From Podarcis gaigeae (taxonomy: Eukaryota), in assembly GCA_964106915.2 (NCBI GenBank), contig OZ066922.1: DNA of 64,000 nucleotides. One strand, 5' to 3'. Below, in pieces: positions 50,251 through 63,150 of this stretch. Each line of letters starts with the position of its first letter. Within the stretch, counting starts at the first letter, position 1. The translations under genes were made by a program, and so were the position numbers. Under the pieces are notes generated by a model, which saw nothing but the letters and a program-made list of their open reading frames with translations, made no database searches and was not told the origin of the DNA.

Positions 50251-51158
50251 TAAAGTTAGCTGCTGGTTAAATTGTCACATCTATTTTGGAAAAAATAAAT
50301 CAATCCAGAAGTTGTTTATTATGACCAATGAAAACATCACAAAATAGTGCACAACCTTTCAATTCAGATAGAGCTCTTCATCAGACTTGATGTTAAGGGG
50401 TTCGGGATAAGAAAAATATTGGCAACGGCAGGGGCACAGAGTGGGCGGGACCCAATCTACAGAGGAGCATTGAGGGGGCGTTTTGCCTACAGTGGCAAAA
50501 TGCCTCAGGCCAGCACCACTGGGTGGTTGTAAGGACTGAGCTCAGAAGAAGTAAATGGGTAGCAGTGATGGTGTTGCAGAGGGGTTCCTCTCAGAGAAAG
50601 TAGCCCACACTGCTATCTTCCCTAAGCACCCTTCAAAAGCTGGAACCAGCACACAGGAATATACCAAAGCCTGCAGACTTAAACACATATCAAACTAGAA
50701 GCACGCTACATAAATAATACAAGGTCCTGCTTGAGTACATTCACAGCTGCAGAGTTATATGGCTTTGGTTTCAAGGCAATCTGCACAAATAAAAAGGCAT
50801 AATTTTGTCATTCGTGAGATAAGATCTTATCGAGAGGCTCATGGTCAAGCAAGTAAGAATAAAAGTAGTAATAAATGATTGCATTGTTTGTCTACTATTC
50901 TTTCTTAGATGAGCTCCCTTAGGTAGGATCAGCTTCAAGTTTGAAGATACTCTTGATAAAGTGCCTATTACTAGGCCTTTTCTAACACCAGTTGGCACTC
51001 CCTGATAGGCTTACTACACAGAGCATGGTATCAAATCTGGAGTGTTGTGTAGAAATTAAATTGGGGCTCCCAGACCCCCAGCTGATAAAAGATGAAGCGT
51101 TGGAACAGATAAGGCTTGCTGGAGACACAACAGGAATATGTAAGTAGTAGACACCTGT

Positions 51159-51473
51159 TGTCAAGGGCACTTCCTAGCCAAAGGAATGCACACAATAGAT
51201 AGTTAACTCTTTATTGCCAAAGATAACACTTACAGTCCCTTATATAGCTCTGGATACTCACAGGAGGTAGACAGGTACCAGGGTGATGCTACAACCAAAT
51301 TAAAGGGACATTAACAGCAGCAACAGAAGGACAGGCATTTAGAAGGACCTGTCCATAACTTTGAAAAGGGGTTCCTGGACTATCTAGACAAACCCCATGC
51401 AACAGCAAGGTCCCTCTGGATTCTAGGTCCTAGATCAAAGCCACATAGTCTTATGGAATCCAGCTGTTTCACA
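51159..51473 (-). mobile_element. Possible solo LTR
   Basis: Minus strand TGTGA...TGACA termini, TATATAAG near 51240 followed by AATAAA at 51210-51215, imperfect 4-bp flanks CTGT/ATGT. Confidence 0.4.
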
Positions 51474-52756
51474 ATGTTTGATCTGTAGTGTTTTCCCCAA
51501 CTCTGATTCCTACCAACTGGTTAGTGTGGGGTTAGCAGCTGTTGGGAGGACTGGAAAAGCTTATGTGCCAGCTAGGTTGGATCTCACGGATGAAGTTTGA
51601 ATTCCTTAAGTTTTTTTAAATATTAAAAACAGCAGGTAATTTTATAACTTTCTGTTGTACCCTGTACCCAATGGCAATTTCTTATAAGAAAATTCTTTCA
51701 GGCATAGCTAAACCAGGAACAGATATATCTACTTGGCAACACCATGGGAAATGTCAGAAACAATTTGGGGGGGAATAAATTTTAATATCATGTGAAATAA
51801 CTTGAATGAAACAATTTGTCATGCTTGAGAATACTGACTGCCCTGTGCTACACCAAAAATGGAGGGAGGGGAGTCTGAACTGATTTTCACAACCTTGGTC
51901 TTTCATGGTGGCTAAAAAAATATGTAACTGAAGGTCGTATATAAATGGAAATGATGCTGTGAATCCCCCCTTTTAAAATAAACGAAACAAAAAAACTCCC
52001 ATACAATATGAATGCAGCCACAGTGATGCAAAATGATACAGATAAGATACAATAAAGCCTTGCAGAAAGCATGCAATTTTTATATAAACTCAAATGATGA
52101 CCTAGTCCAGCCTTCTCCAGGTGCCCGCTAGAACTCCCATAAGACCTAGCCAGCGTAGCTTGGAATTATGGGAGTTGTGATCTAGTAACATGTGGGAGGT
52201 TGTTAGGTTGGGTGAGGCTGAACTACTCCTAATCAGTTTATGAAAGGGATTCCAAAACTCCCCACCTCCCTCCTGCCAAATACCACTTAAAATGCTGAGG
52301 TTCTTGGTGGACCACTTAATGCTTTTTCTCCTAGCTGTAGCAATTGTAATACACTGTGTTAGATGCTGCCTTATTTTTCATTGCTTTTTCATTGCTTCTT
52401 TTCCCCCTTTATACTGTACAACAAAAAAACAATATAAGAAAGAAGCACATTTAACATGGACATACCATAGTGGACTACCTGAATGAAGCTTGCAGCCCAC
52501 TGGTGGTCCACATACCATAGTTTGGGAACCACCTTAGAAAGCCTTTGATTATTAAATTCATAAACTGAAGCATCAATTTATCATTGCTGATTTCAGGGAC
52601 TACCACACATCTATATATGACATTTCACCCACCAGGAAACAGTAATCCAAGCATCATCTCAAGCCCTGGGTGTTTGTTTGAGGAATCAACCGCTATACAG
52701 GGAAGAATTCGAAGATTTGTTGGTAAGAATTACGGTTGGTTCTCAAAACATTGCAG

Positions 52757-52940
52757 AGGTGGAAAACAGTGACTCAAATAATCAGGGAGCTGAAGAAACT
52801 GCCCTATGAGGAAGCTTACAACCTTTGGGTTGTTGTTATTGCTTTAAGGGAAGTATGGGGGAACATGACAGAAGAGTGTATAAAATTATGCCTCGTGTGG
52901 AGAAAGTAGATAGACATTTTTCTCCCTCTCCCATAGAACT
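52757..52940 (+). mobile_element. CR1 LINE fragment
   Basis: CTGCCCTATGAGGAA...GTGTATAAAATTATG...GTGGAGAAAGT...TTCTCCCTCTC, homologous to 24480-24660. Confidence 0.7.
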
Positions 52941-55519
52941 AGATTGCACCTCTCCTCTGGCAATAATGATAAATACAATAATGATAAATTAAATAAGCAC
53001 TTCGTGGCCCTTTCGTATCACCCAAAGTTGATTATCAGAAGTGACCCACTCTCTCTAATGGTAGGGCCAGTCCTTGGCCACAACAATATAGCGTATGAAC
53101 AGGTTGAGAGCTGCACCTGATGCTTGCTAGGCTACCTGGTGCTGCTCTCAGACTGTTCTTGTCTTTCTGCTTCTGCCAGAGTAGCCCTTCTCTGTCTGCC
53201 CCAGCTGGAACAATCCTGCCTTTACTCCATTGTGCAGCTGCACAACATATTTCTCTTTTGGATGGGTTCACGCTTTCAAATAATTGGAATAAAATTTCCA
53301 TAAAACTGGGATCAATTGGAAATGCATGATGAGCAAAGCAGGAATGTATCCTTTGTTATTGGTCTTCTGATGTTCATACATCCAGCTGATGCAGGTATCT
53401 GATCCATTAGATCAAGGAAGAAAAAAAAATGTGGTCAGTTATATCGCTAACCACATCCTCCCTTGTGTATTATAGATTAGGAAAGCTGGCATGCAATAAC
53501 CAAGGCAGCCTAAGCTAAGCCATATGGTTTGGGGTAAACTTTTAAAGAGGAACCAGCAATATGAAGAAGCCAGCTAAAGGATTGAGTACACTTCCAGAAA
53601 TAAACCATACCGATAGTGGGATGTTGAGGAAGAAAGCTAAGCAAAAGAAACATAGATAAAGAATGCATTTCAAGTAGTTGCAATAGTCTGCATGGATGAG
53701 CTTAGTCACTCAGCAAATGTGGGGGTAGTTTTTATTAAATTATTAAGAAAAATCCTAACAAAATTAACACTGTGGCTGTAATCCTAAATATAACACTAGT
53801 GAGTTCATCCCTTGGAACTTAAGAGGAATTTATGGAGCAATTCTAAGTGGGTTGGGAGTTTTACCATTTCCAAATCTGAGATGGTTCACTCTGGTCAGAA
53901 GGAAGAAGGGTTTTTAAAAAAGACATTAACTCCTATGGCATGGTTCCATTTCCAATTTCCTATCCTTTCCATGAGAGAGAAAATAACTGTGCAAGCTCAA
54001 GGCTGGCTTAGGTACAGGTTACAATCCAAGGCCATTCCAGGGGGGCGAAGGAGCTTTGATTTGGCAGATCCAAGACCATCCCTGGCCCAGCTTACAGGAT
54101 GCCTCCTGGATGCCCCAAAGTGGTCCTTACTGCAGGTGGAAACACATGTCAGTGTAGATCTATGCCCATGGAGCTTTCAGCAGGCATACTAGTGGCCTCT
54201 GGGGCAGAGATGCTGCCCGGCCAGCCGGGCTCCTCTGTGCTAAAAGAGGAGGGGGCCCCCCACCCCCGCCAGTCTTCTGCTGGGGTTAGAATAGAAATAT
54301 ATTAATTCTTAGTAGACATGCGCTGCATGTGCTTCTTTTGCAGGCTCTCAGATACAGCCATATGATTCAGAATTATTCCACAATTATCCCATCCAGTCAA
54401 ATCTGAGTTTCCAAGCATCTTTGGTTACATATAATCTTGCACTGATTGGGGCTGGGAAGGGAAGCACAATAAATGTGGTCAGAGCAAAGAAAATCCCCCT
54501 TGTTATTTGTGCATGAGTTTACTCACGTCCCACTTATGGTATTTCAGATCATTAACATAATGAAAGCTGTTGCTCAGTATTTGTCTTTTTATTATTCTAA
54601 CTGGATCTCCCTGAAGGCTGTAGTGCCAGAGAACAAATGGAAGAATTTTGTTGGTTTCTATGTTAGTTGTTCCATATGTTTTCAATGAAAAGTTCTCTCT
54701 CTTTCTCTCTCTCTTGGCTCATGAACAGACCCAAGAGTGCCCATATATGTCAAACAATTGAAATGTGCATTTATGGATCTGAAGTATTTCATAGTCTTCC
54801 TTGTGAAGAACTGATGAGTGATTCCACAATATACTGAAATTATGTTTCTAGCCACACTTGTATAAATTTGGAAGAAAAAACAACAACCCTGAGACTGTAT
54901 TTATTTTGTAGTGTTGTTAATTCCTTGCTGAGAATATCTGCGGAATGTATGCGGTTTCCATTCTAAATAGTTATCTTAAAGTTCTGAAGTCCTGTTGTGT
55001 GGAATATGTAAACATTCAAAGAATGGCTACTCTTATTCTGTCTTTAACTGCTAAATTAACAGAAATCCCCCAATCAGAACTGAAATTTTCCGCAGTTAAA
55101 GAAATGGTGTCTGAAACCAAATAGAAAAATATCATTTTGCTTTTGCTTTTGCAGAAGAATAAGACAAAATTGATCAGGCACAGTGAAGTGTGGGTATAAT
55201 GCAATAAGTTTAGGTTAGAGTCTAAACATTATACCGGTAAATGTTCCCATAGAGGAGATTGTTTTAAGTTAGGATAATCTCCTTTATGGGAACACTTTCA
55301 AATTCTAAACAAGCATTTCTACATTCTATTCCTTACTTTTGTGATGGGACATGAAAAATCGTGGATTTTAGAAAGAATCTAGGACTTGTGTCCAGAGATG
55401 ATCTTTTAACCACATTACAGCATAAGGAAGCCACCTGCATCACATCACAGATATTTAGTAATAGTCTTAGGGTCTTTCCAGATGAACATTTTATGGCACA
55501 ATGTGCGTATGCACTGTGT

Positions 55520-55579
55520 TTCCTTCCTTCCTTCCTTCCTTCCTTCCTTCCTTCCTTCCTTCCTTCCTTCCTTCCTTCC
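55520..55579. repeat. (TTCC)n microsatellite
   Basis: Tetranucleotide run; explains the spurious RKEG and PSFL ORFs. Confidence 0.95.
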
Positions 55580-57201
55580 AGTGGTGGTGAGATCCGCATA
55601 GATCTTTAATTTGCACAGTAGGAAACAGAAGGAGCTCAAATTCAGTGACTCTGTATAGCCATGGTTCAGGCCACGGTTTAGCATGACATGAATCAACTTG
55701 GCTTATGTACTCCCGCTCCACTGACTTGCCCTTCCACAGCTGAGGAGAGGCTTCCTATGTCAACCATAGCTTCCACAATGTTAACAATAGTTTCCCATGT
55801 TATCCAAACTCGGAACTGTTTGGTTAGTCTCAGCAAGTCAGCTTCATAACCCATGGCTTGAAAACCATGACTATTTACAGTAGAATGATACTGCTTTAAA
55901 TGGGTAGTGCAGATGGCATAGGTGCCAACTCCCTGGGGCCCTGGGTGCCCAAGCACCCAGAAAATTCCCCATGAAGGGGCAGGACACCCACAAATTGTGG
56001 TGCCAGGGCCATGCAATTTGCATTGCACCCACAGCACCTCCCAAGGTCGTGGAGCCAAGCTGGCACTCCTGGCAGATGGGACCACAGTTCTGTGTACAAG
56101 ACAGGCAGCCCCGAGATGTGCCAATGTGGCCTTAGGCATTGAGTGCACTTTCAAGATGTGGATGTAGCCTTAGACACAAGATACACACTTTTATTACCTT
56201 ACCAATAAAGGTTCAGCAACGTGAGAACATTTAAGTCTGGCAGCAGGAAACTAAACAAGATGACATCCAGGAGAAGTCAGTTATTACCACACAGCTACTA
56301 CGCTTGTAAAACAGAAACATCTAGGAAATTGTTTGTGGAAGTCTAATGTAACGCTTGGGAATATATTTTTTATTATTATTTTGAACTAAAACTCATGTTT
56401 ATGTGTACCTATAACATTCCACATTTGAGAAAGCAATTTTGAACACATGCAGTGACTTTGAGAACAATTTCCAGATAAGATACGTTTTGGCAGAGATCCC
56501 ATAGACTAGGTCAGCCAGGGGAAAATCCTCCCTAGAGATCACCTGGTAGAGATTGCTGACTGTACCACAGAGGTCTCAATACACAGTTCAGTTGCAATTG
56601 GCCTCCTGTATCCATGAATCAGTTTTTCTACAGAACAAGTTCATGTTGGGTGTTTAGATAGCTGTGAAGTGAAGGATGAGTTTCACCAGGCTGCCTGTTC
56701 CACCCTCTTGTGGGATAAATTGGCTTTCATTATTGGAAACAGCAACAACAAAATCTTAAAAATGCCATTCAAGAGGATTACCATGCAACAGTAACCCTTC
56801 AAAAGCAGTTGAAACAAACCATCTATTTCTGGTGCTAATGTGGTGGGAGAGATGATTTCAGAAGAGCATCTAGTAACATGATTTGCAAATGTAATTAATT
56901 GCTTAGAAAATTAGACTTAATTTGCTTTCTGTGTCCAATTTGCTATGTGTCATTAGACATATAAAAACCAGAGGGTTCTAAAACACAACCAAATATACCA
57001 CAGCACCAAAATGTGAACCAAATAAGCATTTTGGGCTCAAAATGTGTTGTTATGGGATAGGCAATTATTTCCCAGGTCAAAATTATGTAAGTTGGAAGGC
57101 TGTAGTCAAATTTGTTGTATTCACCTCTTCCAGCATAAAGATGGTTATGGCTAATATATACAGTCGTCTCTCAACTTAAGGGGGGATATGCTTCGAAGAT
57201 A

Positions 57202-57416
57202 CAGTGGTACCTCGGGTTAAGAACTTAATTGGTTCCGGAGGTCCGTTCTTAGCCTGAAACTGTTCTTAACCTGAGGTACCACTTTAGCTAATCAGGCCTC
57301 CCGCTGCTGCCACACGATTTCTGTTCTCATCCTGAGGCCAAGTTCTTAACCTGAGGTACTATTTCTGGGTTAACGGAGTCCGTAACCTGAAGCGTCTGTA
57401 ACCCGAGGTACCACTG
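57202..57416. mobile_element. Tigger-like MITE
   Basis: Perfect TIR CAGTGGTACCTCGGGTTA and TA on both sides. Confidence 0.92.
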
Positions 57417-58029
57417 TAACGCATAAAGCCAAAATCACATATAGACAAAACACCCACCCCATAACCTCTGAATGCACTCCCAAGTAAGTGCAATGGTGGG
57501 TGGAATTGCCAACATTTACCCACTCTGGGCACTACTACCCCTCAGCAAGGCGTTGCAGGCCACCTCTGCTTCTGCCACCGTCTCCTGCCACCACCATTAC
57601 AAAGCCTCACAGACTGCTGCTTCTGCCACTGCCACCCCATTGCCGTGGTGAAGCTTCACAGGCTGCTGATTATTATGGCACTGCTGCCAGGCAGGCTGCT
57701 GCTGCTGCTTCAGCCTCCCCCTGCCATTGTTGATTCTGCCACCGCTAGGCTGCTGCCATTTCTCCCACCCAGCAGATTTGTTGGCAGTCCCAGATTATTT
57801 GTATTCGCTATGACTCATCACCGTACTTTGGATTGTTCTGAATACCATCATTTGGTAGCCAAGCCCAAAACTAAAAGTCTCATTTGAATGCATTTTGGCT
57901 TGCCTGCTGATGAAACTGAGTGTGTGATGATTAATATTGTCATTTATCCATTTTAGACCCCTAAGTACTGTAGTAGCAGTTGCCAGGACGTTGTTCTGTT
58001 CACCTCTGCGTAGTTCCTGCCTTATTTCA

Positions 58030-58110
58030 GATCTTGTGATATATCGATATATCACGATGTTTAGCTGGTGATACATCGTGATACTGAAAACCAGTTATCG
58101 TCCAGCCCTA
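58030..58110. mobile_element. One terminus of a hAT-type DNA transposon
   Basis: Ends in TATCGTCCAGCCCTA (reverse complement TAGGGCTGGACGATA) with palindromic GTGATATATCGATATATCAC subterminal motifs. Partner end not found. Confidence 0.5.
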
Positions 58111-58523
58111 AAACAAACTATGATTTAATGTGAATGAACAGTGTAGTGGTTCCCGTTGCCCAAAGTCCCATCTTGGCTCATCTCCCACTCCTGCTGTTGC
58201 CTCCTTGGGGAGGAAATTAACAACCAAAGTGGGGCAGTGCTTTTGACACCTGCTAATAACTTGTTTTCTTTAGGCAAGCCTATCTAGACATGTAATTTTA
58301 TTATGCATATCTGTTCTTAAACGGTGTTGATTGTATCTATATTTTGGTATTTTTATTATGTCTCCTTGTTTTTACAGTCTCTTGATTTTATCAGCATGTT
58401 CTTAGTAATATTTTATACTATTTTATGGAGGGGGCAGATTTAATTAAGCATTCTATAAATCTAGTTAAATAAGATGCGAATAAATCAGACAAAAACCAGG
58501 CTGGAAAGAACAAAATCCATGTA

Positions 58524-58680
58524 CAGTTGTACCTTGTTTTTCAAACGCCTTGGGAGTCAAACGTTTTGGCTCATGAACAATTAAAAACTGGAAATGATTG
58601 TTCCGGTTTCTGAACCCTGTTTGGAACTCAAACATTTGACGCAACTTCCGCCGCTTCCGATTGGCTGCAGGAGATTCCTG
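58524..58680. mobile_element. Truncated Tigger-like MITE related to 32412-32675
   Basis: Starts TA-CAGTTGTACCTTG and shares GCTTCCGATTGGCTGCAGGAG (reverse complement) with the 32.4-kb element. Confidence 0.65.
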
Positions 58681-61600
58681 GCAAAACCAAGCCAGCAGGT
58701 TTCCTAGCTAGGTGGCGAAAATGACTGGATCCAGTTGTGAAATTGACACAACTGGAGATCAGGCGTTTTCAGCCTGGTCTGTAAATATGTTTACTCAGAA
58801 GTAAGCTTAGCTGCAATGTTTTTGCAGGCATTTTTTTAAAAAAAACCCAAACAAGTTCCTAAAATGTTTGCAGTTGTGCTGCTTCACAAACTATAAAAAC
58901 ACACAGGAACACATACACAACACTGCCTACATGGTTATGCCATACTTGCTATATTGCTAAAACATACATTGTACATGCAATAAAAAATTGCTAGATCTCC
59001 AGAAGTGTGGGTGGCCAGCTGCAATTCTATTTGTAGATTATAGTAGAATAGCATCTGGATGTACCTCGTGTTTCCTATAACAGACCAGGAAAAGCTGTAA
59101 CCATTCACTAATATTTACCCGACTTATTTTAGAATCTGCATGTATAACTGTTTCCACTTCGGGAACAGATCCCATATCTCTAAATCATATTGGCTGTATT
59201 GCCAGAATACGTTGGAATATTTCTGTACAGGGATATATCTCTAATACTAGTGGCAAAATTTTCATTCACAAATAACTGGTGGAAAATTAACCAAGGAATC
59301 AGATCTCGACAGCAGCTATACTGTGGCTCCTCACTCCTGCTCTGAGGCAAACTGGGAGACAGCAAATCTCACAGTAGCTGCACTTCTTTGCATAAGCAAT
59401 AGATAAGATTAAAGTAGATAAGGTCGAAGACAGAACCCAGATGATTTGCAAGAGGGTGGAATATAAATACTTTTCTAAATAAATAAAAGTAATAATCCTC
59501 AAACAAATCTGATATGTATCTACAAAAGGCTGTTACTCCTTGTGGACCTTTGTGGATGGAAGCTAGCCAGTCTCCTACTAGACATCCTACGGCGTAATGC
59601 TTACTATTCACTCAATTTCTGATTTGCTGTCCTTCCTCACCCAGTTCTTGATTGATCTTTGGGTATACGAATGCTGCTGTAATACTGTCTAGGCAGTGCA
59701 CAGTCATGTAAATGTGACACATGGTTGCTGTGTGCAGTAGCATTGTCCATTGTGTTTGTCAGTGTTCTGTGATGTCTATAGGCCTTGACGCTCATGCTTT
59801 TGAGTTAATGTTTATACATGCACACATACCCATCTTAATGAAGTGCATCGGCTCTGTGCTTGGTTTTGCCAGACATCCTCTTTTCACTCACACTTGACTC
59901 ATGCAAAGCATGAACAGTCCAGCTGTATGGAAGGAATTCCACCAGTCTGAGTTGCTACACTAGCAACTGACTCTAGGATGTTTTGTGAGCTGGTATAAAC
60001 ACTGTGGCTTTTGATGCTCTGTTGGTGCCAATGGTCCTTTTTAGACTTGTACCATAGATTGTGACAGTATCATTTCTAGGTATTTACCGTATCTAGCTGT
60101 TCAAACATTATCAGTTCAAAAGCTATAAAAAGAAGAAAGAATGTGCAGCCCATTTCTATGCATTTTTATTTGGGAGCGTCCCATAAACATGTTAGAAAAT
60201 GACTGCTGCTTTAATTTACTTAGCAAGAGCTAATTCAAGGTCAAGCAAAACATTGCACAACAGACACATGTAAGAGTCTCCCAAATCTTTAAAAATGAGT
60301 AACTGATGCAAGAGTCTGTGATCTGGATCAAAAGCACGGAGGAACTCCTGAATCCTTTCCTTTCCAATAACATTTCCACTCAAAAGCATCTCTCAAGCTA
60401 CTTTTCGACTCATAGCATGGACAGACATTCCTACTGCCCACAATGGTGAAAAATTGTTCCGTTTTAGGGGGCAATTCAAAGCAGAAAAATGTCTGGAGGA
60501 ATAGTTTTAAGCATTCTCATGTGTGTATTTGATTCTTAGAGCAGTCTCCTGTGGGTGCCTTCACTAAAAATAAGTTGGCACCAGCAGGGCGTTAGGCATT
60601 TCTACTTAACACCTAGTTTTCATTACATTTAACTCTTTAAAGTAGTTCCTTTTAAAGAAGTTTTGTAAGTCTAAAGCTGCAGCCCCAAACAACGTAGGAA
60701 GCAAGCCCTACTGAACACAGTGAAACTGGAACTTACTTTGGAGAAAACATGTATGGGATTGCAATACACTATGTTAGACATGCCTATTTCTGATACCAAT
60801 TAACATGTTTATCAGGTTTTAGTTTTGACTTGGTGTTAGAAATCCTTGAAAAGAAAGATTAGCTCATTTGTCATAGTTTTAAGTATAACTAATTCAGTAA
60901 AGTGCTTTCAGGTACTTTGAAAGAATCTTTCCATTATTTTTATTTTTTCCACCAAGGAAATTCCTAATCCTGGGAGACAATCCCACCACAGACATATCAG
61001 GAATGTGTAACCAATATGTGAAAATGCATATAATTATGGTCAGGTCAATTCACACGTTCTTGTAATGGAGAAGGTAACTGGGTGTGGATGGTATCGCAGG
61101 AGACAACGAACTTATTTCTGGCAGTTTCTCTGAATACTATATACAGAGGAACAGTTTCTTTATATTCAATCGCTATCATTTATTTATTTAAGTGATTTCT
61201 AGGCCACCTTCAACAGTCAACAAAAACCAGTACTTTCCTCTCTTTGTAGTCATACTGATTTTCATTTTTGTTTCTTCCAGCTTTAACTGATAACCAGGTC
61301 TAACCAAAAGCTCTAGCATGACTGCATGAATATATTCATAGCATGTTGTTTACCAGAAGTAAGTCACTCGTCTCACTGGACTTTGCTCCCTACTGAGTGT
61401 CGTTTGCAAGGCAGGCTTAATATAAAGTGTGAGAGAGAGCGCAAAAAGGAAGCACAGTAAATATGGTTGGACACATATACAAAAGTGTAGCTAGTGTCAG
61501 TATCTTTTACAAAAGAGTTCTAGCTACAGTATCTCTTGGTAAAGGACTGCTGGAAATTACATTGTAGCTGCCAGCATTTCAGTTTGGTTTCACTTTCTTA

Positions 61601-62068
61601 ATTCTGATAGTATGACAATTTAAAGACAAACCTGTTACAATTTCACAGTGGAATGAGGATGATAGGATCAGATCAGGTTCTTTTGCATACCAAAGATACA
61701 GGCACAAGGAAGGAACCAGGGCAAAAAGATTTGGGTTCGTTTGTTATTTTTATTAAACAACTGTTTAGAAAGCATTTGGACAATAAAATGTGCCATATAA
61801 ATTCCCCTCTGATAAATATTCCAAATTACCTATGGGTAATTACGTGTAGTGAAATGTACTAGGCGAAAAGGCCCCAAAGTCCTTGAACTTTATATATAGT
61901 TAACGATGCGCTCCTGTTTAAGCAACAGGAACCCCTGGATCAGCTTGCAAGCATCATCCCTTCTGTGTACTATATTTTACAGGCCATTCCTATAAATATA
62001 CCTCAAAGGCAGTTTTGGGTTGTTTATCTCTGCCTTCTAACTATGATAGAGAGAAGCAAGTTTGGATG

Positions 62069-62080
62069 GTGTGTGTGTGT

Positions 62081-62108
<28 letters not shown>
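62069..62108. repeat. (GT)n(AC)n compound microsatellite
   Basis: Self-complementary alternating purine-pyrimidine run. Confidence 0.9.
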
Positions 62109-62111
<3 letters not shown>

Positions 62112-62899
62112 GATTACTCTTTTTTACAATTGACAAATCAGTAGTAGGTAAGGAATTTAAGTTTGCTTGCAAAATTGATGTCATGGAAGCATTTGATTTA
62201 TTATGAAGGCACCAGCAGGGACTCCATTTGGATTCAATATTACAGTTCGCCATACTAGGTTTTTGTAAGAAAGCAGTGTGAAATTTCACATAAGATAGTT
62301 TTGTGGCCTTCAAATTTCCCATACAGAATTTGTTCTGTTTCCACTATGGTTTCACATGTCTGTCTGACTGGTGAGCTTTCTAGTCAGGTGCTAACCCGCT
62401 GTAACGAAAATGACCAGAGGCACACTGAATCTATGCTTTTATCAACAGCTGCAGTTCTAACCCTCAGTTTATTCCCATACAAATCAGCTCATTTTCATAG
62501 AGATCATCCTTTCAGACATTTCACAGCAATCCTTAGGGATACAATAGAAGCCTGATCCACAATTCAAAACATTGCTAGTGTAATGGGAAAGGCATGCACA
62601 TTGCATAAGGAACTACCTATTAATAACGTGCTCCTCCAGGATTGACAGATCTACCCAAGGGTTCCCTATGTTTGTCCTTCTCTTAGTCATGATATTGGTG
62701 CAATTCAGACTCTAGCCTAGACAGTGAATTATAACTCCTTTTCTTTACAATTTGCAGTTCATTGTACCAGTAATAAAGCTTTCTTGGAAGCTCCTCTTCA
62801 ATGGTCTGCTCCGACAAACTGCAAGTTTGAGAACTTAAAGATTAAGTTTGCTGTATAGGCCATGATTCACAAAAGGGAAAGGAAGCCAACTTTCTAGTA

Positions 62900-63150
62900 C
62901 AGTGGTACCTTGGTTTATGAACTTAATCCGTTCCGGAAGTCCGTTCTTAAACCAAAGCGTTCTTAAACCAAGGCATATCCCATAGCAGCGGGGGACTCAA
63001 TTTACAAATGGAACACACTCAACAGGAAGCGAAACATGTTCTGCTTCCAAGGCAAAGTTCACAAACCAAAACACCTACTTCTGGGTTTGTGCACCGTTCT
63101 TAATCCAAGTTGTTCATAAACTAAGCTGTTCTTAAACCAAGGTACCACTG
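62900..63150. mobile_element. Tigger-like MITE
   Basis: TIR CAGTGGTACCTTGGTTTA, TA on both sides, internal GTTCTTAAACCAA repeats. Confidence 0.92.

Noticed and set aside
12697-51862. CArG boxes (CCTAAATAGG 12697, CCAAAATAGG 38972, CCAAAAATGG 51853) as SRF sites
   Set aside because: About five are expected by chance in 64 kb of this composition; none is in the CpG island and conservation cannot be assessed.
55333-55721. ORFs with RKEG and PSFL repeats
   Set aside because: Translation artefacts of the (TTCC)n microsatellite.
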